From the NCBI GenBank assembly GCA_004524535.1, contig SDNY01000042.1, positions 4,184-28,183 of the forward strand: a stretch of 24,000 bases of DNA. Direction: 5' to 3'. Of this stretch, positions 16,821 through 24,000 are shown in pieces. Made by a program: the position numbers and the translations under genes. Source of the DNA: Promethearchaeota archaeon (GTDB taxonomy: Archaea > Asgardarchaeota > Lokiarchaeia > Sigyniarchaeales > SOKP01). Each line of letters begins with the position of its first letter. Position 1 is the first letter of the stretch. The notes below the pieces were generated by a model. It was not told the origin of the DNA, searched no databases, and saw nothing but the letters and a program-made list of their open reading frames with translations.

Positions 16821-17910
16821 ATGAAATGGTCGATTAAAAATAACTCAAGCATCTAAAGAAGATAATGTTCAAGATGAAACAGAAGAGAAAATTGAAAAAG
16901 GGTTAGAAATTGGGCCAGATCAATTCGTTCTCAACTGGAAATATAAGGATATTAGTAAAGAACTTACGTACGACATTAAAAAATGTATAGGTTGTAGTTT
17001 ATGTAAACTTGTATGTCCCGTTGACGCCATTGAGCTTGGACCAATTCCAGAAATAGCTCAAAACATTTTAGACGAATCTAATCCAAAACTTTTAATTGAC
17101 CATGAAAAATGCTGCTACTGCATGTTGTGCGCCATAGTTTGCCCAACCGACGCATTTCACGAAAATTTTGAACCTGAAGGGCAAATTGACCTTGAAGAAT
17201 TTCCTACAATAGGTAAATTTTACAAAATCGATGAGGATAAATGTGTTGAAGATCTTAATAACGAGATTTGTCAATTATGTTTAAAGGTGCGAGATAGAAA
17301 CAGCGTAAAAGTTTATTTCAGAATTGAAAAAGAGTGTCCCACTCAATGTTTTCATATCGATTCTCCTATAGAGGGAGAAGTAATTATCAAAAAAAATATG
17401 TTGTGGAAGTGTGACCCCCAAGGTTGTAAAGCTTGTGTTAATATATGCCCCACAGAATCTTTTTTTATTCCAGAAAGCGCCGAAGATGTCATAAAATATG
17501 GAAAAATTGCATGTAATGAAGATGCATGTTTTTACTGCGGTGCTTGCGAGAATTCATGCCCTGATGATTTAATCGTGGTCGAAAGAAAAAATATCGTTAT
17601 AGAGGACCCAAAAAAGCAAGGAAATTATCCCTGGATTAAAGGATGGGTTAAAAACATTAAAGAAATCTTGAGAAAGAGACTTATTGAAGGAAAAGAACAG
17701 TTTAGTATTCCAATTATCGAAAAAGAAATTGAAAAAGTAAAAGAAAAAATAATAGAGGCAATACCTCAATTATCGGAAGAAGACCGTCAAAAATTAAATG
17801 AATTAAACGAAAAAATTCAAACCTTACTGAAATCTAAAAAAATTCGATATTGGATAAAAGATAAAAAAGTTGATAAAATCTTAAAAGAATTAAGAAAGCA
17901 ACTACAGTAA
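16821..17910 (+). CDS. Polyferredoxin-like protein (4-5 Cys-cluster motifs) with a K/E-rich helical C-terminal tail; 5' end anomalous (frame change or non-canonical start)
   Basis: Motifs CIGCSLCKLVCP (16984..17019), CCYCMLCAIVCP, CKACVNICP, CFYCGACENSCP, plus a degenerate C-x-x-C...CP. The track starts at ATG 17122, inside the second motif. The frame is open back to TGA 16822..16824 with no ATG/GTG/TTG. ATG 16821 is in the preceding frame. Confidence 0.75.
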
Positions 17911-17922
17911 AAAGAAAATAAT

Positions 17923-18456
17923 TTATTTATTCTCTTCATATAATGATGGTAAAAAATTTGTAAATTCACTTATCTCTTCTATATTATGTTTACGCAGAGC
18001 TTTTAAAAACCATCGAGGAGTCTTTGCCGGTAACCGAAATGTTGTACGTAATCGCGTCCCATCATCAATAGACTCATATTCATGTAATATCCAACTGAGA
18101 GGTTTATCGTTGCTATCAAGGATACTCCCTGCCAATAGATGGCTGTAGGTTGCTTTTATGGGTATTGAACTTGGGTCTTCCCAACGAATCCGTAACATGG
18201 TGGGAACTTTTACAGTTTCTATGACATGTTGGATTGCACCAACATGCCCGTTTTCGGGAGATTTTTCCCATTTAAATGAAATATGATCTTTAGGATGCCA
18301 TAATTTATAGCGCTCTGTAGTATTAATGTGATCCCACCACCAATCAATCATTTCTGCAGTAACCCGTTGTAATTTATGATCAACAATCAAATCAACTGTT
18401 TCAGAGTTTGATGCACTAGCGATCTCTTCCATTACTCGAAATGACTCTCTACTCAT
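17923..18456 (-). CDS. Hypothetical protein, Bet v1/SRPBCC-like by eye (possibly DAPG/phloretin-hydrolase-domain-like)
   Basis: 177-aa ORF. MIDWWWDHINTTERYKLWHPKDHISFKWE...LRIRWED...LRTTFRLP shows the beta-rich pattern with a terminal helix seen in Bet v1-fold proteins. The family assignment is a recollection, not a search result. Confidence 0.4.
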   Translation of the reverse strand: MSRESFRVMEEIASASNSETVDLIVDHKLQRVTAEMIDWWWDHINTTERYKLWHPKDHISFKWEKSPENGHVGAIQHVIETVKVPTMLRIRWEDPSSIPIKATYSHLLAGSILDSNDKPLSWILHEYESIDDGTRLRTTFRLPAKTPRWFLKALRKHNIEEISEFTNFLPSLYEENK

Positions 18457-18597
18457 CTCCTCTATCTTTTCTTGATCTTCCCTTAATATTATTCCTAAAT
18501 CACTTAATCATTTATTTATAAGATGTCAAATATAATAGTACTTAAATTAATTTATTTCATATTATAATTTATAACTTATTTTAATGAGGTTTAATAA

Positions 18598-19140
18598 ATG
18601 ATTTTAGAAAAATTAAATGAGTGGCCATCTCCAAAAATTACTAAGCATTTACTAATTTTTAGCATAATATTAACTATTATCGTGTATCCGATTATGGCAT
18701 ATTTTTTTATATTATCAAAATACCCTGTTGGATTCATAGAAAGTCAATTATCGTTCAGTGGCTCCGTATTAAAAGGACATTATAAAATAACTAACATAAA
18801 CTATTATAGAATTATGCAAATTTTAGATTACGCATATATGATTTCTTACGGAACTTTTTCTTTTAGTTTAGCTTTAATAATTTCTCGAAAATTTGAGAAT
18901 GGCTCATTTTGGAGTAATTCGGGTCATTTAATAAGCATTTTAGGTATTTTTGCTGCTTGTTGTGATGCGATTGAAAATGCTTTTATATTAGCTATGCTTA
19001 CAGACCCTTCAGGCTTCCCAGATATATGGGCTATAACGCATAGCTGTTTTGCCCTCGTGAAGTATATTTTATTATTTACATGTATTGGCTGGGCAATTGT
19101 GGCTGCTATTACTCTTTTGATCAAGAAAAGATCCTCTTAG
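18598..19140 (+). CDS. Integral membrane protein, unknown function
   Basis: 180-aa ORF with about 5 hydrophobic helices (LLIFSIILTIIVYPIMAYFFIL, ISYGTFSFSLALIIS, LISILGIFAACCDAIENAFILAML, ILLFTCIGWAIVAAITLLI). Confidence 0.6.
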   Translation: MILEKLNEWPSPKITKHLLIFSIILTIIVYPIMAYFFILSKYPVGFIESQLSFSGSVLKGHYKITNINYYRIMQILDYAYMISYGTFSFSLALIISRKFENGSFWSNSGHLISILGIFAACCDAIENAFILAMLTDPSGFPDIWAITHSCFALVKYILLFTCIGWAIVAAITLLIKKRSS

Positions 19141-19255
19141 ATCTCATTTTTTTATTTCTATTCCTTTTTTTTAAAAAGAGAATTGTTTAAATAATTTTTT
19201 ATATAATTATAGTGCTTAAATTAATTTTCAATCAGAATTAATAGGAAATATCAGA

Positions 19256-19522
19256 ATGATTCTAAAACTAATTATTAAGAATAATAAAAAAACAGGAAAA
19301 CATGATTTAAAGGCATGCATTCAAAAAAATAAAGATTTTGACAATGAAATCAAACAAATTTTTCAATTTTTTAAAGACAACATTAAAATCTCTGCTAAGA
19401 GAAGATTTTATAATTATTATAAAGTCAATTCGGATAATCCTGCTATTATGATGTCGCTATTCTCAACTGTCCTCGATTTAATACCAGATATTTATTTTAA
19501 TTCCGAAGAGCCTAAAGATTAG
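19256..19522 (+). CDS. Hypothetical small protein (88 aa), low-complexity K/N-rich
   Basis: ORF only. No recognisable motif, AT-rich composition, ends 12 nt from the tRNA. Coding status is uncertain. Confidence 0.3.
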   Translation: MILKLIIKNNKKTGKHDLKACIQKNKDFDNEIKQIFQFFKDNIKISAKRRFYNYYKVNSDNPAIMMSLFSTVLDLIPDIYFNSEEPKD

Positions 19523-19533
19523 AATCATGAAAA

Positions 19534-19635
19534 TGGGAGGAGGGGGATTCGAACCCCCGGCCTCCTGGTGTTTTGCTCCAACCTTTCTGTTTGAAGTCCC
19601 AAACCAGGAATCATACCAAGCTAGACCACCCTCCC
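19534..19635 (-). tRNA. tRNA-Pro (anticodon UGG) with a 28-nt intron at the canonical 37/38 position
   Basis: Reverse complement folds by hand as follows. Acceptor GGGAGGG/UCCUCCC. D arm with GG. Anticodon stem CCUGG/CCAGG. Loop UU-UGG-G(A). T arm GGGGG-UUCGAAU-CCCCC. Discriminator A, with no encoded CCA. Intron 19597..19570 is bounded by a bulge-helix-bulge: 4-bp helix UUUG/CAAA flanked by 3-nt bulges GGA and ACA, with outer helix CUUC/GGAG. Confidence 0.9.
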
Positions 19636-19793
19636 GAGGAGGATCTATAAATAATAATAATTATACAATTCAAAAGTTAATCTTATTTTTTCAATTTTGC
19701 TTTTTTTGAACAATTATAAAATAATATTTCATAACTTACATTTTCATAGTTTGAATAATTAAATCGAAAACAAATACAATATATGTTTTAATT

Positions 19794-20372
19794 TTGAAAA
19801 AAGTAATTTATCTTCAAAAAATTGGCGATGTGGATGACATCGTTCTGAAGAAATTAAAGAAAAACTTGAATTCGTTTTTTAAAGAGTTTATTGATTCAGT
19901 AGAAATTTCGCCTGACTCTATTCCACTCAAAGTATCTGAATATAGTCCATCAAAGAGACAATATAATGGTTCATTAACTGTAAGAAGGCTTTATAAATAT
20001 TGTAATGAGAGAAAACATTTTCGCACATTAGGAATAATCGATAAAGACATATTTTCAGGAGAATTCAAATTTATATTTGGTAATGCAATAATTCCAAAAA
20101 AGCAAGATCTAAATTCGCCTGGAGCTTCTTTAATTCAAATAAAGCGCCTTAAAGAAGGATTTTATAATCGTCCTGAAAATAAAGCTCAATTTGAATTGAG
20201 AGTTCTTAAAGAAGCAATACATGAGCTCGGGCATACTTTTTGCTTGGAACATTGTAATAATAAATGTGTTATGCAATTTTCAAACAGTTTACTCGAAGCA
20301 GATGAAAAACCAGCTAAATTCTGCTTGTCTTGTTCTAAAAAATTAAAGGATCTTTTTGGGAATTTAGATTAA
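19794..20372 (+). CDS. amzA: Archaemetzincin (AmzA-type zinc metallopeptidase)
   Basis: 192 aa, TTG start. HELGHTFCLEHCNNKCVMQFSNSLLEADEKPAKFCLSC matches the archaemetzincin signature HExxHxxGxxHC...CxM...CxxC, with Cys in place of the Gly. Confidence 0.8.
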   Translation: MKKVIYLQKIGDVDDIVLKKLKKNLNSFFKEFIDSVEISPDSIPLKVSEYSPSKRQYNGSLTVRRLYKYCNERKHFRTLGIIDKDIFSGEFKFIFGNAIIPKKQDLNSPGASLIQIKRLKEGFYNRPENKAQFELRVLKEAIHELGHTFCLEHCNNKCVMQFSNSLLEADEKPAKFCLSCSKKLKDLFGNLD

Positions 20373-20377
20373 ATGAT

Positions 20378-21382
20378 TTAATATCTCTCCTTAAATTTTT
20401 CATAGAGAGATTCCGCTAATTGCAATATTTCTTTATAATTTTTTATCAATTTTATCAAATCCTCAGGAATCTTATTTAAACCATAATATGCACCAATTAA
20501 ACTACCACCGATTGCTCCAATCGTGTCGCTATCTCCACCAGCAGTAGATAACTCAAAGATACATTCTTTAAATGATGAATTCATTTTTTTTAGAAATATA
20601 AAAATTGCACAGGCAACGGTACTTAACGTGTAAGGATGTACAAATGCTTGGCCTAAAAATTGTTCAATAAAATAGGGTGATTTCACTCCTACCTGAGAAA
20701 ACTTAATTAGACCAGCTTCTACTGATAAATCAAGATTGCGCCTTAGTTTTTTTAAAATCTCAATAAATTCCTCCCAAATCTCCATATCAGAACCAGAAAT
20801 GAAGGATATTAATACATTAAAAAAATCTTCAATTGAAAAATGCATTTCTGATCCTCTTTCTATTAGATAAGCAATTGCTCTGGCGATTACAACAGCACCA
20901 GCAGATGCAGCTGGATGGGAATGTGTAATAATACTTGAACGTATCGCATTTATTTTTAAATCTTCTAGATCTTTACAATAAAATAATCCTATTGGAGCTA
21001 CACGCATAGCTGTTCCATTTCCTCCCGAATTTGAAGCCGCTTTTTCCCAAGGAATGCCATATTTTATTTTTTGAATTGATGAAAGACATCCGTAACCAGG
21101 TCCGATTGGGGGATCATCTAACCATTTAACATATTCTCGGATGAAATTATTAAAATTAAATCCACCTCCTTGAATTAGCGCTTCGGCTGTATGTATTGTG
21201 AGTTGTGTGTCGTCAGTATATGTATTGAAGAGCCTTTTATTATTTTGAATAAACTCCTCAAATTTATCAAAACGAGAATAGATATCTGATCTTAATCTTC
21301 CTTCAAAAGGATGCCCTAGAGTATCACCGATAGCTACGGAGATGAGAGTACCTTGAAATTTGTCTAAATAATCAGCTTTCAT
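20378..21382 (-). CDS. ADP-ribosylglycohydrolase family protein (ARH/DraG-like)
   Basis: 334 aa. GTLISVAIGDTLGHPFEG, YTDDTQLT, GNGTAMRVAPIG and GGDSDTIGAIGGSLIGAYYG are the family's conserved metal-binding blocks. Confidence 0.85.
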   Translation of the reverse strand: MKADYLDKFQGTLISVAIGDTLGHPFEGRLRSDIYSRFDKFEEFIQNNKRLFNTYTDDTQLTIHTAEALIQGGGFNFNNFIREYVKWLDDPPIGPGYGCLSSIQKIKYGIPWEKAASNSGGNGTAMRVAPIGLFYCKDLEDLKINAIRSSIITHSHPAASAGAVVIARAIAYLIERGSEMHFSIEDFFNVLISFISGSDMEIWEEFIEILKKLRRNLDLSVEAGLIKFSQVGVKSPYFIEQFLGQAFVHPYTLSTVACAIFIFLKKMNSSFKECIFELSTAGGDSDTIGAIGGSLIGAYYGLNKIPEDLIKLIKNYKEILQLAESLYEKFKERY

Positions 21383-21484
21383 TTTAAAGATTTAAGAATT
21401 ATAGACTTAGTAAATTAAGTGTTTTAAATTGATTTATTTTTTTTGAAATGTACTTTTTAAGTTAAATTCACTAAAATTTGTAAT

Positions 21485-21841
21485 TTATAATACATTTTTA
21501 ATTATTTTTAGGAATTTTTCCATTGAAAATGGTTTTTCAATGAATTCAATGGCTCCAATTGATAGTGCTAGGTTTTTTACACTATTATCAGCACTTACAA
21601 AAATAATTTTTGAGTGATTGCTAATTTTTAGGATTTCCTTTGTCGCTTCAATCCCGTTTTTGATAGGCATTCTATGATCCATTATTATTATTTCTGGTTT
21701 TACAGAAAATGATTCATACAGCTTTACCCCCTCTTCCCCATTATTTGCAAGTCCCACAACTTGATGTCCTGAGGTGCTTAAAATCATATCATATAATTTC
21801 TGTAGAGAAATATCATCTTCAATAATGAAAATGGTTGCCAT
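21485..21841 (-). CDS. Stand-alone CheY-like response-regulator receiver domain
   Basis: 118 aa. IFIIEDD acidic pocket, phospho-acceptor Asp in IIIMDHRMP, FVSAD and IEKPF blocks. No output domain. ATG lies 1 nt after the kinase stop, so the two genes are translationally coupled. Confidence 0.9.
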   Translation of the reverse strand: MATIFIIEDDISLQKLYDMILSTSGHQVVGLANNGEEGVKLYESFSVKPEIIIMDHRMPIKNGIEATKEILKISNHSKIIFVSADNSVKNLALSIGAIEFIEKPFSMEKFLKIIKNVL

Positions 21842-21842
21842 T

Positions 21843-23744
21843 TCATTTTTCCTCTGGTAATAAAATAATAAAATTGCTTCCTTGAGTATAATCCCCTTCT
21901 ATACGATCTTCAACTTTTATTTCACCATTAAAACTTTCAATCACTTTTTTTGTGAACAATAATCCTAATCCTATACCTGAGGGGAGTTTATAGTTTAGAT
22001 ATTCTTTATATTCTCTTTGGAATATTTCACCTTTCATGGAGTCTGAAATCCCAACACCATTATCAATAAATTCTATTTTTATTATTTTTTTATCATCTTT
22101 TACGTCTTTTGATAAATTAATATCGATCTTGATAATTTCATTGTTATTATGTTTCACAGCGTTAAATAAAAGATTTTCAAAAGCGTTTTGTAATAACTCA
22201 TTTGCTATAACAAAATACTCGTTTTGTATTGATTCAGTCTTAATATTTATTTTTTTATTTGGAAAACTCTTTCTTACAAAATTTATTGCCTTTTTTAAAA
22301 CTTCGTTAACTTCAATTGAAAATAGAGATGGTTCATAATTTTCGATTGCTGATAGGTTCTGAACATTTGATACTAACATAGTACCTCTTAAAATTTGTTG
22401 TACTATTAAATTTTCAATTTCCTCAAGTTCGAATTGCTTTTCAGGATCTTTTCTATATAAATTGTAGAGTTCGATTGAAGATAAGATATTTTGGAATATG
22501 TTATTTATATCATGGGTAAATAAATCTTTATAAAGATTACTACTATTATACGCTTCTCGATACATTTTTTCTGATTTTTTTAATTTATCTTCAATATGCT
22601 TCTTTTCCGTTATTTCAGAGGTAACCTCTACGCCGCCTATTAAATTTCCTTTTTCATCAATAATAGGATATCCTTTAATAAACCAAACTCTCCCATCAAT
22701 AGTTGTGATTTCATTGACCTCTGGTTTTTTCGTTTTAAATGAACGTTCAACTGGACAGTTTTCACAAACCTCATTACTACCTTGCCATATTTCATGACAC
22801 TTTCTTCCTATTAACTGTTCTGCCTTTTGATTAACAGAATCACAGGCAGCTTTATTAGGATATATTACTGTATGATCTAAACTCTGAAAAACTATATGTT
22901 CCAAGATATTTTCTAAGATAATAGATTTTTCCTGTTTTTCTTTCTTAAGGATCTCTTCAATGTTTTTTCTGTCAGTGATGTCTTCATGTGTAAAAATGGC
23001 TCCGATAACATCCTCATTTTTAAAGAGGGGAACGGCCCTTATATTGAAATAACCATCCGATCCAGTAGTTAAACTAGGAAAATATTGATCTTTTAGATTT
23101 AAAGGTTCTCCTTCAAGCACTTTTTTATATTTTTCAGAGAGTCCTGCGTTCATAATAGTAGGATGTGTAAAAATATTTTTTCCGATGAATTCTTCTTTGC
23201 GTGTTTTACCCATAGCGAGGTGTTTGAGGTGATAAGGATTTATATCAATGATTATCCCCTCTTTATCGACTAAAATGAGGGATGTAGGGACTGTGTCAAA
23301 AATGTTCCTATAACGCTCCTGACTCTCTCGCAATTCTTCTTCAGATCTTTTTAGTTCTTGTTGAGCTTTCTTGCGCTGGGTTATATCTTCCGTGTGTATT
23401 ATTACTAAATCAGGGGATACAAAGTTATATTTCACAGATAAATATTTTTTCTCTCCCGTCGACACAAATTTATATTCCATCTCTCTGTAAATATCGACCT
23501 GTTTATTAACACAATTATATAATTCTTTCAAAATTTCTGGTTGATCCTTATATAATTCTGTGGCTTTTATTCCAATATATTCCTCTATTCGTCCTTTAGT
23601 AACTTTTTCAGCAGCAATATTATAATCAATTAATATTAGATCTTCATCACTTTTCTGCCATGTATAAATTGGTATAGAAATTGATTTAAGCACTATCTTA
23701 CATCTTTCTTCATTTAATTCTAAATTATTATCCTTTTCGGTCAA
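21843..23744 (-). CDS. Cytoplasmic multi-PAS sensor histidine kinase
   Basis: 633 aa. At least three PAS-like modules, e.g. RYRNIFDTVPTSLILVDKEGIIIDIN and ILENILEHIVFQSLDHTVIYPNKAA. H-box FTHDINNIFQNIL. N-box LLFNAVKHN. G1 DNGVGIS. G2 SGIGLGL. No TM helices. Confidence 0.9.
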   Translation of the reverse strand: MTEKDNNLELNEERCKIVLKSISIPIYTWQKSDEDLILIDYNIAAEKVTKGRIEEYIGIKATELYKDQPEILKELYNCVNKQVDIYREMEYKFVSTGEKKYLSVKYNFVSPDLVIIHTEDITQRKKAQQELKRSEEELRESQERYRNIFDTVPTSLILVDKEGIIIDINPYHLKHLAMGKTRKEEFIGKNIFTHPTIMNAGLSEKYKKVLEGEPLNLKDQYFPSLTTGSDGYFNIRAVPLFKNEDVIGAIFTHEDITDRKNIEEILKKEKQEKSIILENILEHIVFQSLDHTVIYPNKAACDSVNQKAEQLIGRKCHEIWQGSNEVCENCPVERSFKTKKPEVNEITTIDGRVWFIKGYPIIDEKGNLIGGVEVTSEITEKKHIEDKLKKSEKMYREAYNSSNLYKDLFTHDINNIFQNILSSIELYNLYRKDPEKQFELEEIENLIVQQILRGTMLVSNVQNLSAIENYEPSLFSIEVNEVLKKAINFVRKSFPNKKINIKTESIQNEYFVIANELLQNAFENLLFNAVKHNNNEIIKIDINLSKDVKDDKKIIKIEFIDNGVGISDSMKGEIFQREYKEYLNYKLPSGIGLGLLFTKKVIESFNGEIKVEDRIEGDYTQGSNFIILLPEEK

Positions 23745-23924
23745 AATATCGAATTTTTGTTATTTGTTTTAAAAAACTAAAATAAATTGTTAATTTCAAA
23801 TTAATATTTGAAAATTCAATATTTATGTTTTTTTATTATCATCTAGTAATTTCTTAAAAAATAAGAGGGGAAAAAATAAATTATATCAAATCTTTATATC
23901 TTTATTCTTTTGAGATGATGGAAT

Positions 23925-24000
23925 ATGAATCAATTAGGACCCAAAAAGGATAAATACGATAAGATTTTATTAATGTATTCAGGAGGATTAGAATATATAC
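23925..24000 (+). CDS. 5' end of an unidentified gene (possible PP-loop ATP-pyrophosphatase-like N-terminus); runs off the right edge
   Basis: Hand translation from ATG 23925 gives MNQLGPKKDKYDKILLMYSGGLEYI... with no stop to 24000. LLMYSGGLE resembles the SGGxDS PP-loop but is not canonical. Only 25 codons are visible. Confidence 0.3.
   Translation, partial: MNQLGPKKDKYDKILLMYSGGLEYI

Noticed and set aside
19527-19709. 60-aa plus-strand ORF (MKMGGGGFEPPASW...)
   Set aside because: It is the antisense translation of the tRNA-Pro gene (T arm and acceptor stem) and continues into AT-rich spacer. No independent coding evidence.
29-22338. Other short antisense ORFs in the track: 29..220, 714..1022, 1753..1977, 3441..3698, 5954..6178, 9004..9219, 10185..10472, 11305..11547, 13969..14250, 14434..14631, 15299..15490, 17092..17274, 17569..17769, 18924..19124, 22036..22338
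   Set aside because: Each lies wholly or largely opposite a longer ORF with recognisable domains. The products are low-complexity and have no motifs.
23794-23813. 20-bp near-palindrome TTTCAAAT-TAAT-ATTTGAAA, 50 bp upstream of the histidine kinase gene
   Set aside because: It could be an operator, but it is A/T-only apart from one C/G pair, is a single copy, and is statistically unremarkable in this composition.
23914-23922. GATGATGG resembling a C/D-box sRNA C box
   Set aside because: It deviates from RUGAUGA at the last base. No CUGA D box lies at an appropriate distance and there are no terminal complementary stems. The region is better explained as the 5' leader and start of the right-edge gene.
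1-24000. Search for CRISPR arrays, IS elements or transposases, integrases or prophage genes, toxin-antitoxin pairs, and rRNA
   Set aside because: No spaced direct repeats, terminal inverted repeats, DDE/tyrosine-recombinase motifs or rRNA-like conserved blocks were seen on either strand.

Overview
AT-rich (about 30% G+C) archaeal chromosomal segment. The archaeal assignment rests on a tRNA with a bulge-helix-bulge intron, a Cdc48/VAT ATPase, an archaemetzincin and a TrmB-type regulator; the lineage cannot be fixed from sequence alone. About 22 protein genes and one tRNA. No CRISPR array, transposase, integrase or rRNA is visible. Layout: (i) 1-7686, minus strand: a TrmB-family regulator followed by a tightly packed operon. 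The operon runs glycyl radical enzyme (GRE, 850 aa), FAD-binding oxidase, CCG-domain Fe-S subunit, acetoacetate-decarboxylase-fold protein, then a second paralogous GRE that runs off the left edge and is missing from the ORF track. A GC- and codon-atypical crotonase gene lies divergently at 7997-8800. (ii) 8841-10485: a small membrane protein and a MetE-like protein. (iii) 10632-14959, plus strand: Hsp20-like, Cdc48 (HbYX tail), wHTH/coiled-coil protein, small HExxHxxGxxD protein. (iv) 15314-19522: a 457-aa Zn-ribbon/mixed alpha-beta/TPR-like orphan, a polyferredoxin, a Bet v1-like protein, a membrane protein and a small ORF. (v) 19534-19635: intron-containing tRNA-Pro(UGG). (vi) 19794-24000: archaemetzincin, ADP-ribosylglycohydrolase, a PAS histidine kinase with a CheY-like receiver, and a partial gene at the right edge. 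The most notable items are the uncharacterised dual-GRE operon, which has no activase in view, and two Fe-S genes whose conserved N-terminal Cys motifs lie upstream of any canonical start. In both of those genes the nearest ATG is one frame off across an identical T-AAAAA-T site. The Cdc48-linked HTH plus mini-metzincin pair is also worth a look. All functional calls come from by-eye motif recognition; no database search was run.
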